A stretch of 64,000 bases of DNA from an uncultured Acidobacteriota bacterium (GTDB taxonomy: Bacteria; Acidobacteriota; Terriglobia; Terriglobales; Acidobacteriaceae), in assembly GCA_963706455.1 (NCBI GenBank), contig CAVPNO010000099.1, positions 98,967-162,966 of the forward strand, written 5' to 3'. The first letter of the stretch is position 1. Each line of letters starts with the position of its first letter. This document shows positions 18,300 to 27,800 of this stretch, in pieces. The translations under genes were made by a program, and so were the position numbers. The notes under the pieces were generated by a model. The model searched no databases. It had not been told where the DNA came from and was given only the letters and a program-made list of their open reading frames with translations.

Positions 18300-19431
18300 G
18301 TTTGTCCTCGTTCCTGGGTGATGAATCGTAGCGTGCGGGAAGATAATTCTCCGCCCGAATGGCGGAGGCCCGGCCGGTAAGCATGTCGGCGATCAGTTCG
18401 GCGGTGGCCAGGGAAGTTGTGATTCCGAGGCCCTCGTGGCCGGTGGCGAGCAGCAGAGAAGGATCGTTTCGGTCCGGGCCGATGAGCGGGAGCTTATCTG
18501 GGGTGGTGGCGCGGAAGCCCGTCCAGACGCGGATCGCGCTCAACCGGGAGATACCCGGCAGATAGAGCGCGGCGCGCGCCAGCATGGAGCTGAGGATGGG
18601 CTGATCCACGTCCGCATGTTCGGCGCCGAACTGGCGCGATGAGCCAATGAGCAGTTGCCCCGTCTGCCGGGGCTGTACGTTGAAGGCCACGGAGTCGGCG
18701 CTGACGCTGTGCGCGCTTTTCAGGTAGCCAAGTTCCACCAGCTGGTGATGCACGAATCCCGGATAGCGATCGGTGATGACGAGATGGCCTTTGCGTTTGC
18801 GAATGGGCAGATCGGGGCGGAGTCGGATTGCATCGGCGCCCAGGGCCAGCACGATCCGATGAGCACTGAGGGTAGTGCCGTCATCGAGGGTGAGATGGCC
18901 CCCGCCGAGGCGGGTGACACTTCGTCCGATCAGGAGAGTAGTCCCCATCTGCTGCGCCCGGCGGGCCAGGTCCAGGGCGACCGCGGGCGGATAGACTACG
19001 CTGTCTTCGGGGACGAGGAGACCGCCAGCAAATCCGGGCGCGAGGTTCGGCTCTTCGTCTTGCAGTTCGCGGGACGTGAGCAGGCGGCAGGGCACACAGC
19101 GGCCGGTGTAATACGCGCACTTCCCTTCCGCAGCGTCCATCTCCTCGCGGTCAGCGGCGATCCAGAGCGTGCCTCTTTGCTCGAACTCGGCGGAAGGGGG
19201 GAGGTGCGGGGCGAGATCGTTCCAGAGCTGCTGAGAATACCGGGTCAGGGCGAACTGGGCTTCGGAGTCGTCCATGACCACGATGTGGCCCATGCCGGCT
19301 GCGGTGGCACCGCTGCCCAGGACATCGCGCTCCACCAGTGCCACTTTCAGCCCGCGCCGCGCGCATGCAAAGGCACAGGCGGCTCCGACGATTCCTCCGC
19401 CGGCAATGGCGACATCGAGCACTTCCTTCAT
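18256..19431 (-). CDS. FAD-dependent D-amino acid oxidase family protein, probably D-hydroxyproline dehydrogenase (LhpB-like)
   Basis: GGGIVG, GATAAGMG, GHEGLGITT; genomic context. Confidence 0.8.
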   Translation of the reverse strand: MKEVLDVAIAGGGIVGAACAFACARRGLKVALVERDVLGSGATAAGMGHIVVMDDSEAQFALTRYSQQLWNDLAPHLPPSAEFEQRGTLWIAADREEMDAAEGKCAYYTGRCVPCRLLTSRELQDEEPNLAPGFAGGLLVPEDSVVYPPAVALDLARRAQQMGTTLLIGRSVTRLGGGHLTLDDGTTLSAHRIVLALGADAIRLRPDLPIRKRKGHLVITDRYPGFVHHQLVELGYLKSAHSVSADSVAFNVQPRQTGQLLIGSSRQFGAEHADVDQPILSSMLARAALYLPGISRLSAIRVWTGFRATTPDKLPLIGPDRNDPSLLLATGHEGLGITTSLATAELIADMLTGRASAIRAENYLPARYDSSPRNEDKHEVDWSHAGVDDGI

Positions 19432-20402
19432 TCGCCAAATCCTTCGGGCGCGGGGATGCCGGCGCGAAATGGATCACTCTCTTGAAAGACGAGCGAAGAG
19501 ACTGCGGTGACATAGGCGGAGCCACGGATGAACGGAAGGACGCGGTCGCCCTCGTGCTGGATATGCCCGGTGAACACGGTGCCGAGAATTCCTTCCTGGC
19601 GCCACTCCTGCCCTGGAGCGAGCCGGCCGTCGGCCGCCAGGCAGGCCATGCGGGCGCTAGTGCCGGTGCCGCACGGTGAACGGTCGTAGGCCTTGCCCGG
19701 ACACAGAACGAAATTGCGGCTGTGATTGCGAGGTTCGAGCGGAGCGGAGCAAAGCTCAATATGATCGATCTCGGCGCCGTGCGCGCCGGTGACGCCGTTG
19801 CGGACAAGTGCCTCGCGGATGTTCCAGGAAAACTCCGTAAGCCGGTCAACGTGGTCGAGGCAGAGCTCGAAGGGATGGTCTTCGACCATGTAGAACCAGT
19901 TTCCTCCCCACGCAACATCGCCGTGGAGAATTCCGTGACCTGGCACCTCGACCGGTACATGAGCACGATGGCGATACGCATCCACGTTGGCCACCGTCAC
20001 TTCTCCATTCGCGGCCAGAGAGATGCGCACCGGTCCAACGGGGGTTTCGAGGAGATGTTCTCCCGGCCCTATCCGGCCCATCCAGGCCAGCGTAGCGGCA
20101 ACCCCGATTGTGCCGTGACCGCACATGCCCAGATATCCGACGTTGTTGAAGAAGATGACCCCGGCTGCTGCTTTCGGATCGACGGGGTCGAGGACGAGCG
20201 CGCCGACCAGTACATCGGAACCGCGTGGCTCGCACAGGATGGCGCGCCGGTACGCATCGTGAGTGGAGCGCAAGGACTCAAGGCGGGAGGCCATGGATCC
20301 GGAGCCAAGGGGCGGACCGCCCGCGATGACACAGCGAGTAGGTTCGCCGGCTGTGTGCGAATCAATGACTTCGATCCGGTGCGGCAATGAAAAGTTCGTC
20401 AT
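19428..20402 (-). CDS. 4-hydroxyproline 2-epimerase (proline racemase family)
   Basis: DSHTAGEPTR, MCGH and DRSPCGTG catalytic Cys pair. Confidence 0.9.
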   Translation of the reverse strand: MTNFSLPHRIEVIDSHTAGEPTRCVIAGGPPLGSGSMASRLESLRSTHDAYRRAILCEPRGSDVLVGALVLDPVDPKAAAGVIFFNNVGYLGMCGHGTIGVAATLAWMGRIGPGEHLLETPVGPVRISLAANGEVTVANVDAYRHRAHVPVEVPGHGILHGDVAWGGNWFYMVEDHPFELCLDHVDRLTEFSWNIREALVRNGVTGAHGAEIDHIELCSAPLEPRNHSRNFVLCPGKAYDRSPCGTGTSARMACLAADGRLAPGQEWRQEGILGTVFTGHIQHEGDRVLPFIRGSAYVTAVSSLVFQESDPFRAGIPAPEGFGE

Positions 20403-20524
20403 CGGTCCTGGCGCAGGATATGGCTGGCATCAAACGCTTTCCCCGATCGTATACGATCACAAGGCGGTCTCGACAGGTTCGCAGGAGCTCAACAGGGGCC
20501 AACCTCGCGCCGACTCCACCACAA

Positions 20525-22051
20525 TTACAGGGCGACGGGTTCGGGCGTCGCAGCATGCGCAGGGTGAATGTCGAAGGGGACGTGGTCGTGCTTGCAGATG
20601 GCCCTGACCGCCGGTCTGCCGGTCAACGGGCCGGAGGGCAGGCCGCCACCGGGCATCACCCATTGGCCCACCATCATGAACCGGCCCAGGCCGGGAAGGG
20701 TGTTGCGAAACGGCCGGAAGCTGTCGCCAGGCCGGACAAGCCATCCTTCCATGGTTCCCTGCCAGTTGCCGGTATAGCGCGCAACGGTTGCTGGTGTAGA
20801 TACATCGACGACCTCGATGGCATGGGAAACTCCGGGAATGACCTGTTCCAGGACGCCGGTGACAGCCTCGGCGATGCGGTCCTTCTCCTCGCGATAACGG
20901 CGGATGTCGGTGCGGCGCAGGTCTGCCCAGTAAGCAAAGTTGCGCGTGGGAACAAGGCAGGTGACCGCGGTCTTGCCTGGAGGCGCAAACGTGGGATCGA
21001 AATGGAAGAATCGGAATCCCAGGTAATTAAGCTCAGTGACGGGGTCGACCTGAATGGGCAAGTCGAGAAGGCGCGTGAGCATCCATGGACGGTCGGAAAG
21101 ATCGCGAGCGATACCGAGTGAAACCTGGAGATAGGAGGCAAAGAGCTCGCGCTCCTCGTAGGCCTTGCGGATCGTCGCGTTGATATACTGTCCGCCCAGC
21201 AATTCGAAGATGGTGGTGTGCCCATCGGCGGCGGAGATAACCCAGTCTGCTTTGACCACCTCGCCTCCGGCGAGTTGCACGCCCACAGCGGCACCGTGTT
21301 CGACGAGGATGCGTTCGGCTTTGGCGTTGAAGCGTATCGTGCCACCCAATGCTTCCATGTGCTCTTCGATGAGCCGGACGATGGCCTGCGCACCGCCGAG
21401 GCAGTAACCGGCGTTCCCCTGGTTCATCCAGGCCAGCGACATGACCATAGCAAGGGCAGACAGTTTGCCGACATCGCCGCTGGAGAAAAAACTGCGCAAC
21501 AGCGGATCGGCAAACCGGGCGCCATATTGCCGGCCGTTCATCTTCGAGAGCCTTCCGAGCAGCGGAAAGACGGGCAAGTCCCTGAGCATGTTCTTCCAGT
21601 TGCCCGCCAGGCCGCCCGACGGATCGAGCATCCGGAAGTTGCCGAGAGCACGGACGGAATGCGTGAAATCGCGGATGGCCGCGGCATCGGCGGGGGCGCG
21701 GCGAAGAAGTTCCGACTCCAGCCGATCGACATCGGTATAGATGGTAAGGTGGTCGCCGGTGTGGGTTTCAATCCGGACAAATTCTTCCGGATCGAGGAAG
21801 GTGAGCATGTCGATTTCGAAAATCTCTTCCCATTGCGAACGCAATTCCCCATGGGGGTGGGAACCGACGAGCCAATGCAGGCAGGTCTCGAAAGTGTAGG
21901 GTCCGCGGTGCCAGCTCATGGCAAGGCCGCCGCTCATCTCGTGCATTTCGAGCACTTCCACGTCATAGCCGCATTTCAAAGCGTAGACGGCAGTCGAGAG
22001 CCCGGCGATGCCGCCGCCGATGATGACGATCTTTCTGCCATTCTGTTTCAT
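20525..22051 (-). CDS. Phytoene desaturase-like FAD-dependent oxidoreductase
   Basis: IIGGGIAGL Rossmann motif, DVSTPAT..YTGNWQG, GQWVMPGGGLP. Confidence 0.82.
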   Translation of the reverse strand: MKQNGRKIVIIGGGIAGLSTAVYALKCGYDVEVLEMHEMSGGLAMSWHRGPYTFETCLHWLVGSHPHGELRSQWEEIFEIDMLTFLDPEEFVRIETHTGDHLTIYTDVDRLESELLRRAPADAAAIRDFTHSVRALGNFRMLDPSGGLAGNWKNMLRDLPVFPLLGRLSKMNGRQYGARFADPLLRSFFSSGDVGKLSALAMVMSLAWMNQGNAGYCLGGAQAIVRLIEEHMEALGGTIRFNAKAERILVEHGAAVGVQLAGGEVVKADWVISAADGHTTIFELLGGQYINATIRKAYEERELFASYLQVSLGIARDLSDRPWMLTRLLDLPIQVDPVTELNYLGFRFFHFDPTFAPPGKTAVTCLVPTRNFAYWADLRRTDIRRYREEKDRIAEAVTGVLEQVIPGVSHAIEVVDVSTPATVARYTGNWQGTMEGWLVRPGDSFRPFRNTLPGLGRFMMVGQWVMPGGGLPSGPLTGRPAVRAICKHDHVPFDIHPAHAATPEPVAL

Positions 22052-22240
22052 TTCCATCTCCCAGGACACACTATTCCCCGGGCTGGCTCAGGTCTGCGCC
22101 AGATAGACCTATCTACACCGGGGAAATTCAGGCAGGAATTATAGGATAGGCGCTGTCGGCATGCTGTGACGGGGACTACCCAGGCTGGTTGGATAATGAT
22201 CGGATATCGAAGTGCACCCCGTGAGACCGGCTGCAGGCGG

Positions 22241-23143
22241 TCACGCCTGCCGGGATTGGCGATCGGCCATGGCGCCGTCGCCGCCCGCACCCATCAGCAC
22301 CAGCGAGCGCTGGGCGAACGGCGAGTAGACCAGCAGGACCGTGCAGGAGAGCGCCAGCCCGAAGTTGATGTGATGCAGCAGCAGAAACGGCGAAAGGGAC
22401 CATACCTCATCCATGACGAGCAGGAAGGGCCAGATTTTCAGGAACTGGGCCCTCAGGCGCGGGGCATGGAAGAGGACCGCGGAGATCACAAAGGTGCGAA
22501 CGGGGATCAGGATTGCGGCCGTGACCATGAGAACGTTCATCGCCAGCGCTGATTTTGGCAGCGGCGCGAAGAGTTCTTCGATTTCCGCCAGGTTGGCGAG
22601 CGCTCCTACATAAAAGCCGATGTACATCAGTTGCAGCAGGATGAACAGCGTCCGCACGACGGGGTAGGAGGTTTTGGGCAGGTCTTCAGGGGTTGCCAGG
22701 ATCCGGCTGTGAGGTTCCGGCTCTGGCTCATCGGGAGACGAAGCCGGCTCCAGGATATTCGGCGTAACTGGAGGTTGTGCCGGCGCACCAGGACGGTTGT
22801 TCTGCCCGATTCTTTCCACCGGCGCCACAAACCGATAGCCACGCCGGGCGAGGGTCTCCAGAAAGCGCGAATGGCTGGCGGTATCTCCGAGCGCTTCTCG
22901 GATGCGGTTCACGGCGGAATTCACGCCATGGTCGTAATCGACGAAGGTGCCGTCGGGCCAGAGCCGGCGGGAAATCTCCTCGCGGGTAAGCAGGTCGCCG
23001 GGCCGTTCGAGGAGCATCAGCAGGACTTGAAACGGCTGCGCGTTGAGCTTGATCCGGACTCCCTGGCGGCGAAGCTCTCCGGTGGCAGCATCGGCCTCAA
23101 ATGCTCCAAAGCGATAACGTTCGGGTGGCCGTGACTCTGTCAT
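22241..23143 (-). CDS. Membrane-anchored OmpR/CadC-type winged-helix regulator
   Basis: YRFGAFE..QPFQVLLMLLERPG..LWPDGTFVD..REALGD..ETLARRGYRF, a Pro-rich linker, then ~4-5 hydrophobic segments. Confidence 0.85.
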   Translation of the reverse strand: MTESRPPERYRFGAFEADAATGELRRQGVRIKLNAQPFQVLLMLLERPGDLLTREEISRRLWPDGTFVDYDHGVNSAVNRIREALGDTASHSRFLETLARRGYRFVAPVERIGQNNRPGAPAQPPVTPNILEPASSPDEPEPEPHSRILATPEDLPKTSYPVVRTLFILLQLMYIGFYVGALANLAEIEELFAPLPKSALAMNVLMVTAAILIPVRTFVISAVLFHAPRLRAQFLKIWPFLLVMDEVWSLSPFLLLHHINFGLALSCTVLLVYSPFAQRSLVLMGAGGDGAMADRQSRQA

Positions 23144-23227
23144 GGGTTCAGGCGTCCAGTGTATCGGACCGGCGCCGCGACGGCGTGTACAACTTCGGAT
23201 ATGTCCAACTGCTGGAGGGGCTTGGCC

Positions 23228-23260
23228 GATGAGAAAACTTCGAGCCTGGGATGAGACAAC
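23228..23260 (+). promoter_or_regulatory. Direct repeat, candidate wHTH binding site
   Basis: GATGAGAAAAC (23228) and GATGAGACAAC (23250), 22-bp period, in the divergent intergenic region. Confidence 0.5.
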
Positions 23261-23293
23261 CGGCATTGATCTGTCGAGGCTCCATGGGACAAG

Positions 23294-24163
23294 ATGCGGA
23301 GTATGACGGGCCGATGGAGCGATTCGAAGAAGTTCGGTTGGATGATCGGGTTACTGATTGCCATACTGGCCGGGTCACGGGCGCTTGCGGCCGGACCTTC
23401 CGCCGCAGCGACCACGGCATTCGACAATTACGTCGGCAAGGTGGAGTCGCGGCTGGAAAATCAGCACCGGGCCGCAAAGGGTTTTCTGGCGACGGAGGAT
23501 TGGGGACGGCTGCGATCGGGAGAACAGATCATCGAGCAGGTGACACCCGCCGGGGAAGCCGATCTGCCCGGAGCAATGCTGCACCACTGGCGGGGCACCG
23601 CCTTTGTACCCGGCGCGACGGCGGCGGAATTCGAACAAAAGATGAAAGATTTCAGCGCCTATCCGAAACGCTATGGGCCACAGATTGTGCAGGCCAGGGT
23701 GATGGGACAGCAGGACGATCATTTCCAGGTGAACATGCGTGTGCGGCAGAAGCATGTCATCACCGTTGTGATGGACACGGTTTACGACGTCACCTTCGGG
23801 CGGCTGGACGCCGATCACGGATACAGCTCTTCAAGGAGTTCGCGGATCTCGGAAATCGAGTCGGCGGGCACGGGCAAGGAACGGGCACTGGGTCCCGACG
23901 AGAATCACGGCTTCCTGTGGCGATTGAACACTTACTGGAGCTGCGAGGAACGCGACGGAGGACTGTACCTGCAAATCGAGTCGGTGTCACTGTCCCGGTC
24001 GGTTCCGGCGGGTTTGGCGTGGGTGATCAAGCCGTTTGTGGAAAGCGTGCCGCGTGAGTCGCTGGAATTCACGCTGCGGGGGACCTCTGATGCATTGCGC
24101 AGAAAAGACATCCAGAGGCCGGAGAATGCTGAACGGAAAGGCGGGAAAGATGAACGCAAATAG
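23294..24163 (+). CDS. Exported hypothetical protein (possibly START/SRPBCC-like fold)
   Basis: Signal peptide-like N terminus; HHWRG and GFLWRLNTYW motifs; overlaps the next gene. Confidence 0.7.
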   Translation: MRSMTGRWSDSKKFGWMIGLLIAILAGSRALAAGPSAAATTAFDNYVGKVESRLENQHRAAKGFLATEDWGRLRSGEQIIEQVTPAGEADLPGAMLHHWRGTAFVPGATAAEFEQKMKDFSAYPKRYGPQIVQARVMGQQDDHFQVNMRVRQKHVITVVMDTVYDVTFGRLDADHGYSSSRSSRISEIESAGTGKERALGPDENHGFLWRLNTYWSCEERDGGLYLQIESVSLSRSVPAGLAWVIKPFVESVPRESLEFTLRGTSDALRRKDIQRPENAERKGGKDERK

Positions 24164-24893
24164 TGCCTCGATGAAAAACACGGAATCGTTTGCCGCAGCG
24201 CGGAGAGTGAACCGGTCGCTGACGGCTGCAGCGGAGAAACGCGCGCTGGAGTGGATGGCGAAGCGGGCGCCGCGCTGGGTGACCTCGGATCAACTTACGA
24301 TACTCGGGTTGAGCGCGCAGATGGGAGCCGGGATCTTTTATGCCCTGTCGCGCTTCGACCGATATGCGCTGCTGGCGGTAAATCTGTGCCTGGCGATGAA
24401 CTGGCTGGGCGACAGCCTGGACGGAACGCTCGCCCGGGTGCGCCGGCAACAGCGTCCTCGATACGGATTCTACGTCGACCACATGGTGGATATTTTCGGA
24501 GCGGTCGCGCTGATGTGCGGGCTGGGGTACTCCGGATTTCTTCATTGGCAGATCGCGATTGCGATGCTGATCGCATTTCTGCTGCTGTCGGGCGAAAGCT
24601 ATTTGGCCACGTACACCTTGTCATGTTTTCAGCTTTCACAAGGTGTTTTTGGCCCCACCGAGATTCGCATTCTGCTGATCATCGGGAACCTGGCGCTGTT
24701 GCGCAGCCCGTTCTCGACCGTTTTCGGACAACGAATGCTGCTGTTCGACCTGGGAGGGGCCATCGCCGCGGCCGGCATGTTCGTGATGGCGATCCTGGTC
24801 ACGGTGCAGCACACGATCGAGCTGTACCGGCAGGAACCAATTCAAGCCACGCACCAAGGCTTGTCCGCGGGACACCCGGCACCATTGCCATGA
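24150..24893 (+). CDS. CDP-alcohol phosphatidyltransferase family protein
   Basis: DSLDGTLARVRRQQRPRYGFYVDHMVD signature. Confidence 0.9.
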   Translation: MNANSASMKNTESFAAARRVNRSLTAAAEKRALEWMAKRAPRWVTSDQLTILGLSAQMGAGIFYALSRFDRYALLAVNLCLAMNWLGDSLDGTLARVRRQQRPRYGFYVDHMVDIFGAVALMCGLGYSGFLHWQIAIAMLIAFLLLSGESYLATYTLSCFQLSQGVFGPTEIRILLIIGNLALLRSPFSTVFGQRMLLFDLGGAIAAAGMFVMAILVTVQHTIELYRQEPIQATHQGLSAGHPAPLP

Positions 24894-25336
24894 ACACTCT
24901 CGTCCGGTGGGGAAAGTTCAACCTTGTTGGAGCGGTGGGCATGGGATTTCAGCTTGCCGCGCTCGCGCTACTAAACGGTCGCGCACCGGGGCACTACATG
25001 TACGCGACCGCTGCTGCCCTTGAACTCACGCTTTTGCACAATTTTACGTGGCATCTGCATTTCACGTGGCGCGATCGGCGAGACCGGCTGGGACTATTCC
25101 GGCAGCTGTTCCGGTTTCATGCGTCCAACGGCCTGGTTTCAATGCTGGGGAATCTGGTGCTCATGCGAGTCCTGGTACAAGGGGGACATGTTCCGATCCT
25201 CGTGGCGAACAGCGTCGCCATACTGGCGTGTTCCGTGATTAATTTTCTGCTGGGGGACCGGTGGGCGTTCGCTTGGTCTCCCACATCTCCGGGCAAAAAA
25301 CGCCCGGAGATATGGGGCACCCAGGATGGTTTCTAA
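24890..25336 (+). CDS. GtrA family membrane protein (putative flippase)
   Basis: RWGKFNLVG..HNFTWHLHFTW..INFLLGDRWAF, 4 TM segments; ATGA overlap with the upstream gene. Confidence 0.85.
   Translation: MNTLVRWGKFNLVGAVGMGFQLAALALLNGRAPGHYMYATAAALELTLLHNFTWHLHFTWRDRRDRLGLFRQLFRFHASNGLVSMLGNLVLMRVLVQGGHVPILVANSVAILACSVINFLLGDRWAFAWSPTSPGKKRPEIWGTQDGF
25280..25322. repeat. REP-like hairpin inside the GtrA 3' end, possible terminator between convergent genes
   Basis: ATCTCCGGGC-AAAAAAC-GCCCGGAGAT perfect 10-bp stem flanked by CCCAC and ATGGGGCACCC. Confidence 0.55.
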
Positions 25337-27738
25337 ACCGCCTCTTCTGTGGCCGCGCTCAGCGTGAAGCTTACGCTCTGCTCGCCGAGTCGCGGATGAC
25401 GGGCCGTGAGACGGGCGGTGCCGGCCGTTAGCCCGGCGCGAATCCAGACGGCGCACGTGCCCCCAATGAGCGCGAACGGATTGTCGCCGATCAGCTTGAC
25501 CGGACCTTCGAGGGTGAACGTGACGGGATCGTTGGCGTAGGATCGCATGGCTCCGAATTCATCCGTGACGCGGACAACAACGCGCGTGGTATCGGCTCCG
25601 TCTGCGATCAGCGCGGGATCGTCGGCAACCATGGTGAACTTGCTGTCGACACCGCGACCCGAAAGAGTTTTGGTGATGACCAGCTTTCCCCCGATGTATC
25701 CCTCGATGCGCAGATCACCCCAGCGGTGGGCGTGCGGCTGGCCGTTCAAGTCGAAGACGAACGGAGGATATTTGAGATGCTGGAACTGCTCGCGGTCGGG
25801 CTCGATCTCGATCAGAGGGGTCCATGGATTGCTCTCGAGGCTGTCCGCACGGCTACTGATTTTGATGCGTTCGCAATTGGAGCAGAACACTGCCTTCGTG
25901 AATCCGACCGACTCGTCGCCACGCGCCCAGTGAAATGCGGGCTCCAACACGATCTCCTCTTCGGGGTCGCATTGCGACTTGTAGAATCCGGCGGCGGGCT
26001 TTGGTTCCCGGAAGATGTCGGTCACGCCGTGATAGCAGATGCGGTCGCCGGAACCGAAGTTGGAGTGGGTGTTGTAGTCGAACGCGCACCAGCCAATGCC
26101 CCCGGCATACTGCGGATTGGACGCAAGCTGGTTGTGAATGCGCGCGTGACGCAGGGTGTGCTCGCGCAGGCGCTCATCGTCGTCGGTGGTCTTGGTGGGG
26201 AACGTGTGGCCCACAAATTCCGTGTTCAGGTAGCGGGGGTGGTTGGGCGGCTTCAGCGGGAAGCCGAAGTCGTTCATGGTGAACACGTCTTCGAGGAAGT
26301 CGGAGTTGTACAGGTAGCGAATGCCGCCGGTCTGGCGGGAATCGTCGAGGGCGTGGGCCAGCGCGTTGGTGCGCGTGTAGAAATCATGGTCGTCCTGCGA
26401 CTCGTTGATGCGCACGCCCCAAAGGATGATGGACGGGTGGTTCCAGTCGCGGCGGATCATGCGGCCCACGTTGTCGATGGCTACCTGCTTCCAACTTTCG
26501 TCACCGATATGCTGCCAGCCGGGAATCTCCTCCAGGACCAGCAGGCCGATTTCATCGCAGCGATCGAGGAAATGCCGCGACTGCGGATAGTGGGAGGTGC
26601 GCACGATGTTGCAATGGAGACCGGTGCGCAGGATATCGGCATCTTTGCGCTGCGGGCGGGCCGGCATGGCCTGCCCGACGAAGGGAAACGTCTGGTGACG
26701 ATCGAGCCCGCGCAGCTTGACGATCTTGCCGTTGAGCGAGAAGCCGTGGTCGGTGAAAGTGGCTTCCCGGAATCCGATTCGGCGCGTGTCTTCGTCGATC
26801 ATGTGGCCGGATTGAAGCAGCCGCACATGAACGCTGTACAGCTTGGGGCTGCGGAGATCCCACAATTGAATGTTGGCCAGGTGAGGCAGGGAGACGACGT
26901 TGCGCGCAGGGTCCTTCAGGGTTTGCATGCCAGCGTACACGGCAGCATCGTTATAGGGATCGAGGGATGTATCACGGCCGGTCCCCATAGCGGCCCGGTC
27001 GACCGCGTGCGTCGCTTTGGCGATCACCGTGTCGCCGTCGCGCAGTTCGGCTTCGATGGAAAGAGCGCCTTTGGCTGAGGGATCTCCGGCGAGGAAGCAC
27101 GCCACGTCCAGCGAAGGGCTGCCGCTGAGGACGTCTTTCGGCTCGGCAAAGATGTTGTCGATGTATGCGGAAGGAACGATGCGCAGGCTGACCTCGCGGT
27201 AGATTCCGCCGAAGGTCATGTAGTCGATTTCGTAGCCGAACGGAGGAATATCGGCGCGTTCGGTCGAATCGACCTGCACGACGAGGACGTTGTCGCCATC
27301 CTTGCGCAGATGTTTTGTGATTTCAAACGAAAAGGGTGTAAATCCGCCGCGGTAGTCGCCCAGGCGAGCACCGTTGATCCACACGGTGGAGGCTGTCATC
27401 ACGCCTTCGAAGTCGACAAAGACGCGCTTGCCTTCCGCTTGCCGGGGAAATTTGAACCGCCGCCGGTAGGTGGAGACAAACTCGTAATCCTTGTCATCGA
27501 AGCTGTGCCATGGCAACTGGACATTGGTGTGGGGAATGGTGACGCGGTCGAACTTCGCGTCATCGAAATCGGGCGACTCGGCGCCTTCGACCTTGGACGG
27601 ATGATACCGCCATTTGCGGTTGATGGGGAGAATGGCGCGTCCGGCCGACGCGTCGTCCTGCGCCGCAAGGCCGGATACAGGGAGCGCTGCGGAAGCCAGC
27701 ACCGCACCGGCAGTCTTAATGAAATCGCGTCGAATCAT
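25333..27738 (-). CDS. Glycoside hydrolase family 2 (beta-galactosidase-like), Tat-exported
   Basis: MIRRDFIK Tat signal; VRTSHYP, RDWNHPSIILWGVRINE (acid/base), LNTEF (nucleophile). Confidence 0.92.
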   Translation of the reverse strand: MIRRDFIKTAGAVLASAALPVSGLAAQDDASAGRAILPINRKWRYHPSKVEGAESPDFDDAKFDRVTIPHTNVQLPWHSFDDKDYEFVSTYRRRFKFPRQAEGKRVFVDFEGVMTASTVWINGARLGDYRGGFTPFSFEITKHLRKDGDNVLVVQVDSTERADIPPFGYEIDYMTFGGIYREVSLRIVPSAYIDNIFAEPKDVLSGSPSLDVACFLAGDPSAKGALSIEAELRDGDTVIAKATHAVDRAAMGTGRDTSLDPYNDAAVYAGMQTLKDPARNVVSLPHLANIQLWDLRSPKLYSVHVRLLQSGHMIDEDTRRIGFREATFTDHGFSLNGKIVKLRGLDRHQTFPFVGQAMPARPQRKDADILRTGLHCNIVRTSHYPQSRHFLDRCDEIGLLVLEEIPGWQHIGDESWKQVAIDNVGRMIRRDWNHPSIILWGVRINESQDDHDFYTRTNALAHALDDSRQTGGIRYLYNSDFLEDVFTMNDFGFPLKPPNHPRYLNTEFVGHTFPTKTTDDDERLREHTLRHARIHNQLASNPQYAGGIGWCAFDYNTHSNFGSGDRICYHGVTDIFREPKPAAGFYKSQCDPEEEIVLEPAFHWARGDESVGFTKAVFCSNCERIKISSRADSLESNPWTPLIEIEPDREQFQHLKYPPFVFDLNGQPHAHRWGDLRIEGYIGGKLVITKTLSGRGVDSKFTMVADDPALIADGADTTRVVVRVTDEFGAMRSYANDPVTFTLEGPVKLIGDNPFALIGGTCAVWIRAGLTAGTARLTARHPRLGEQSVSFTLSAATEEAV

Positions 27739-27800
27739 AAAATCCCAGTCTTCCTCAATTCAGGATGATCGAAGTCTGAAGTGTTTGTGCGGATGGTCAT

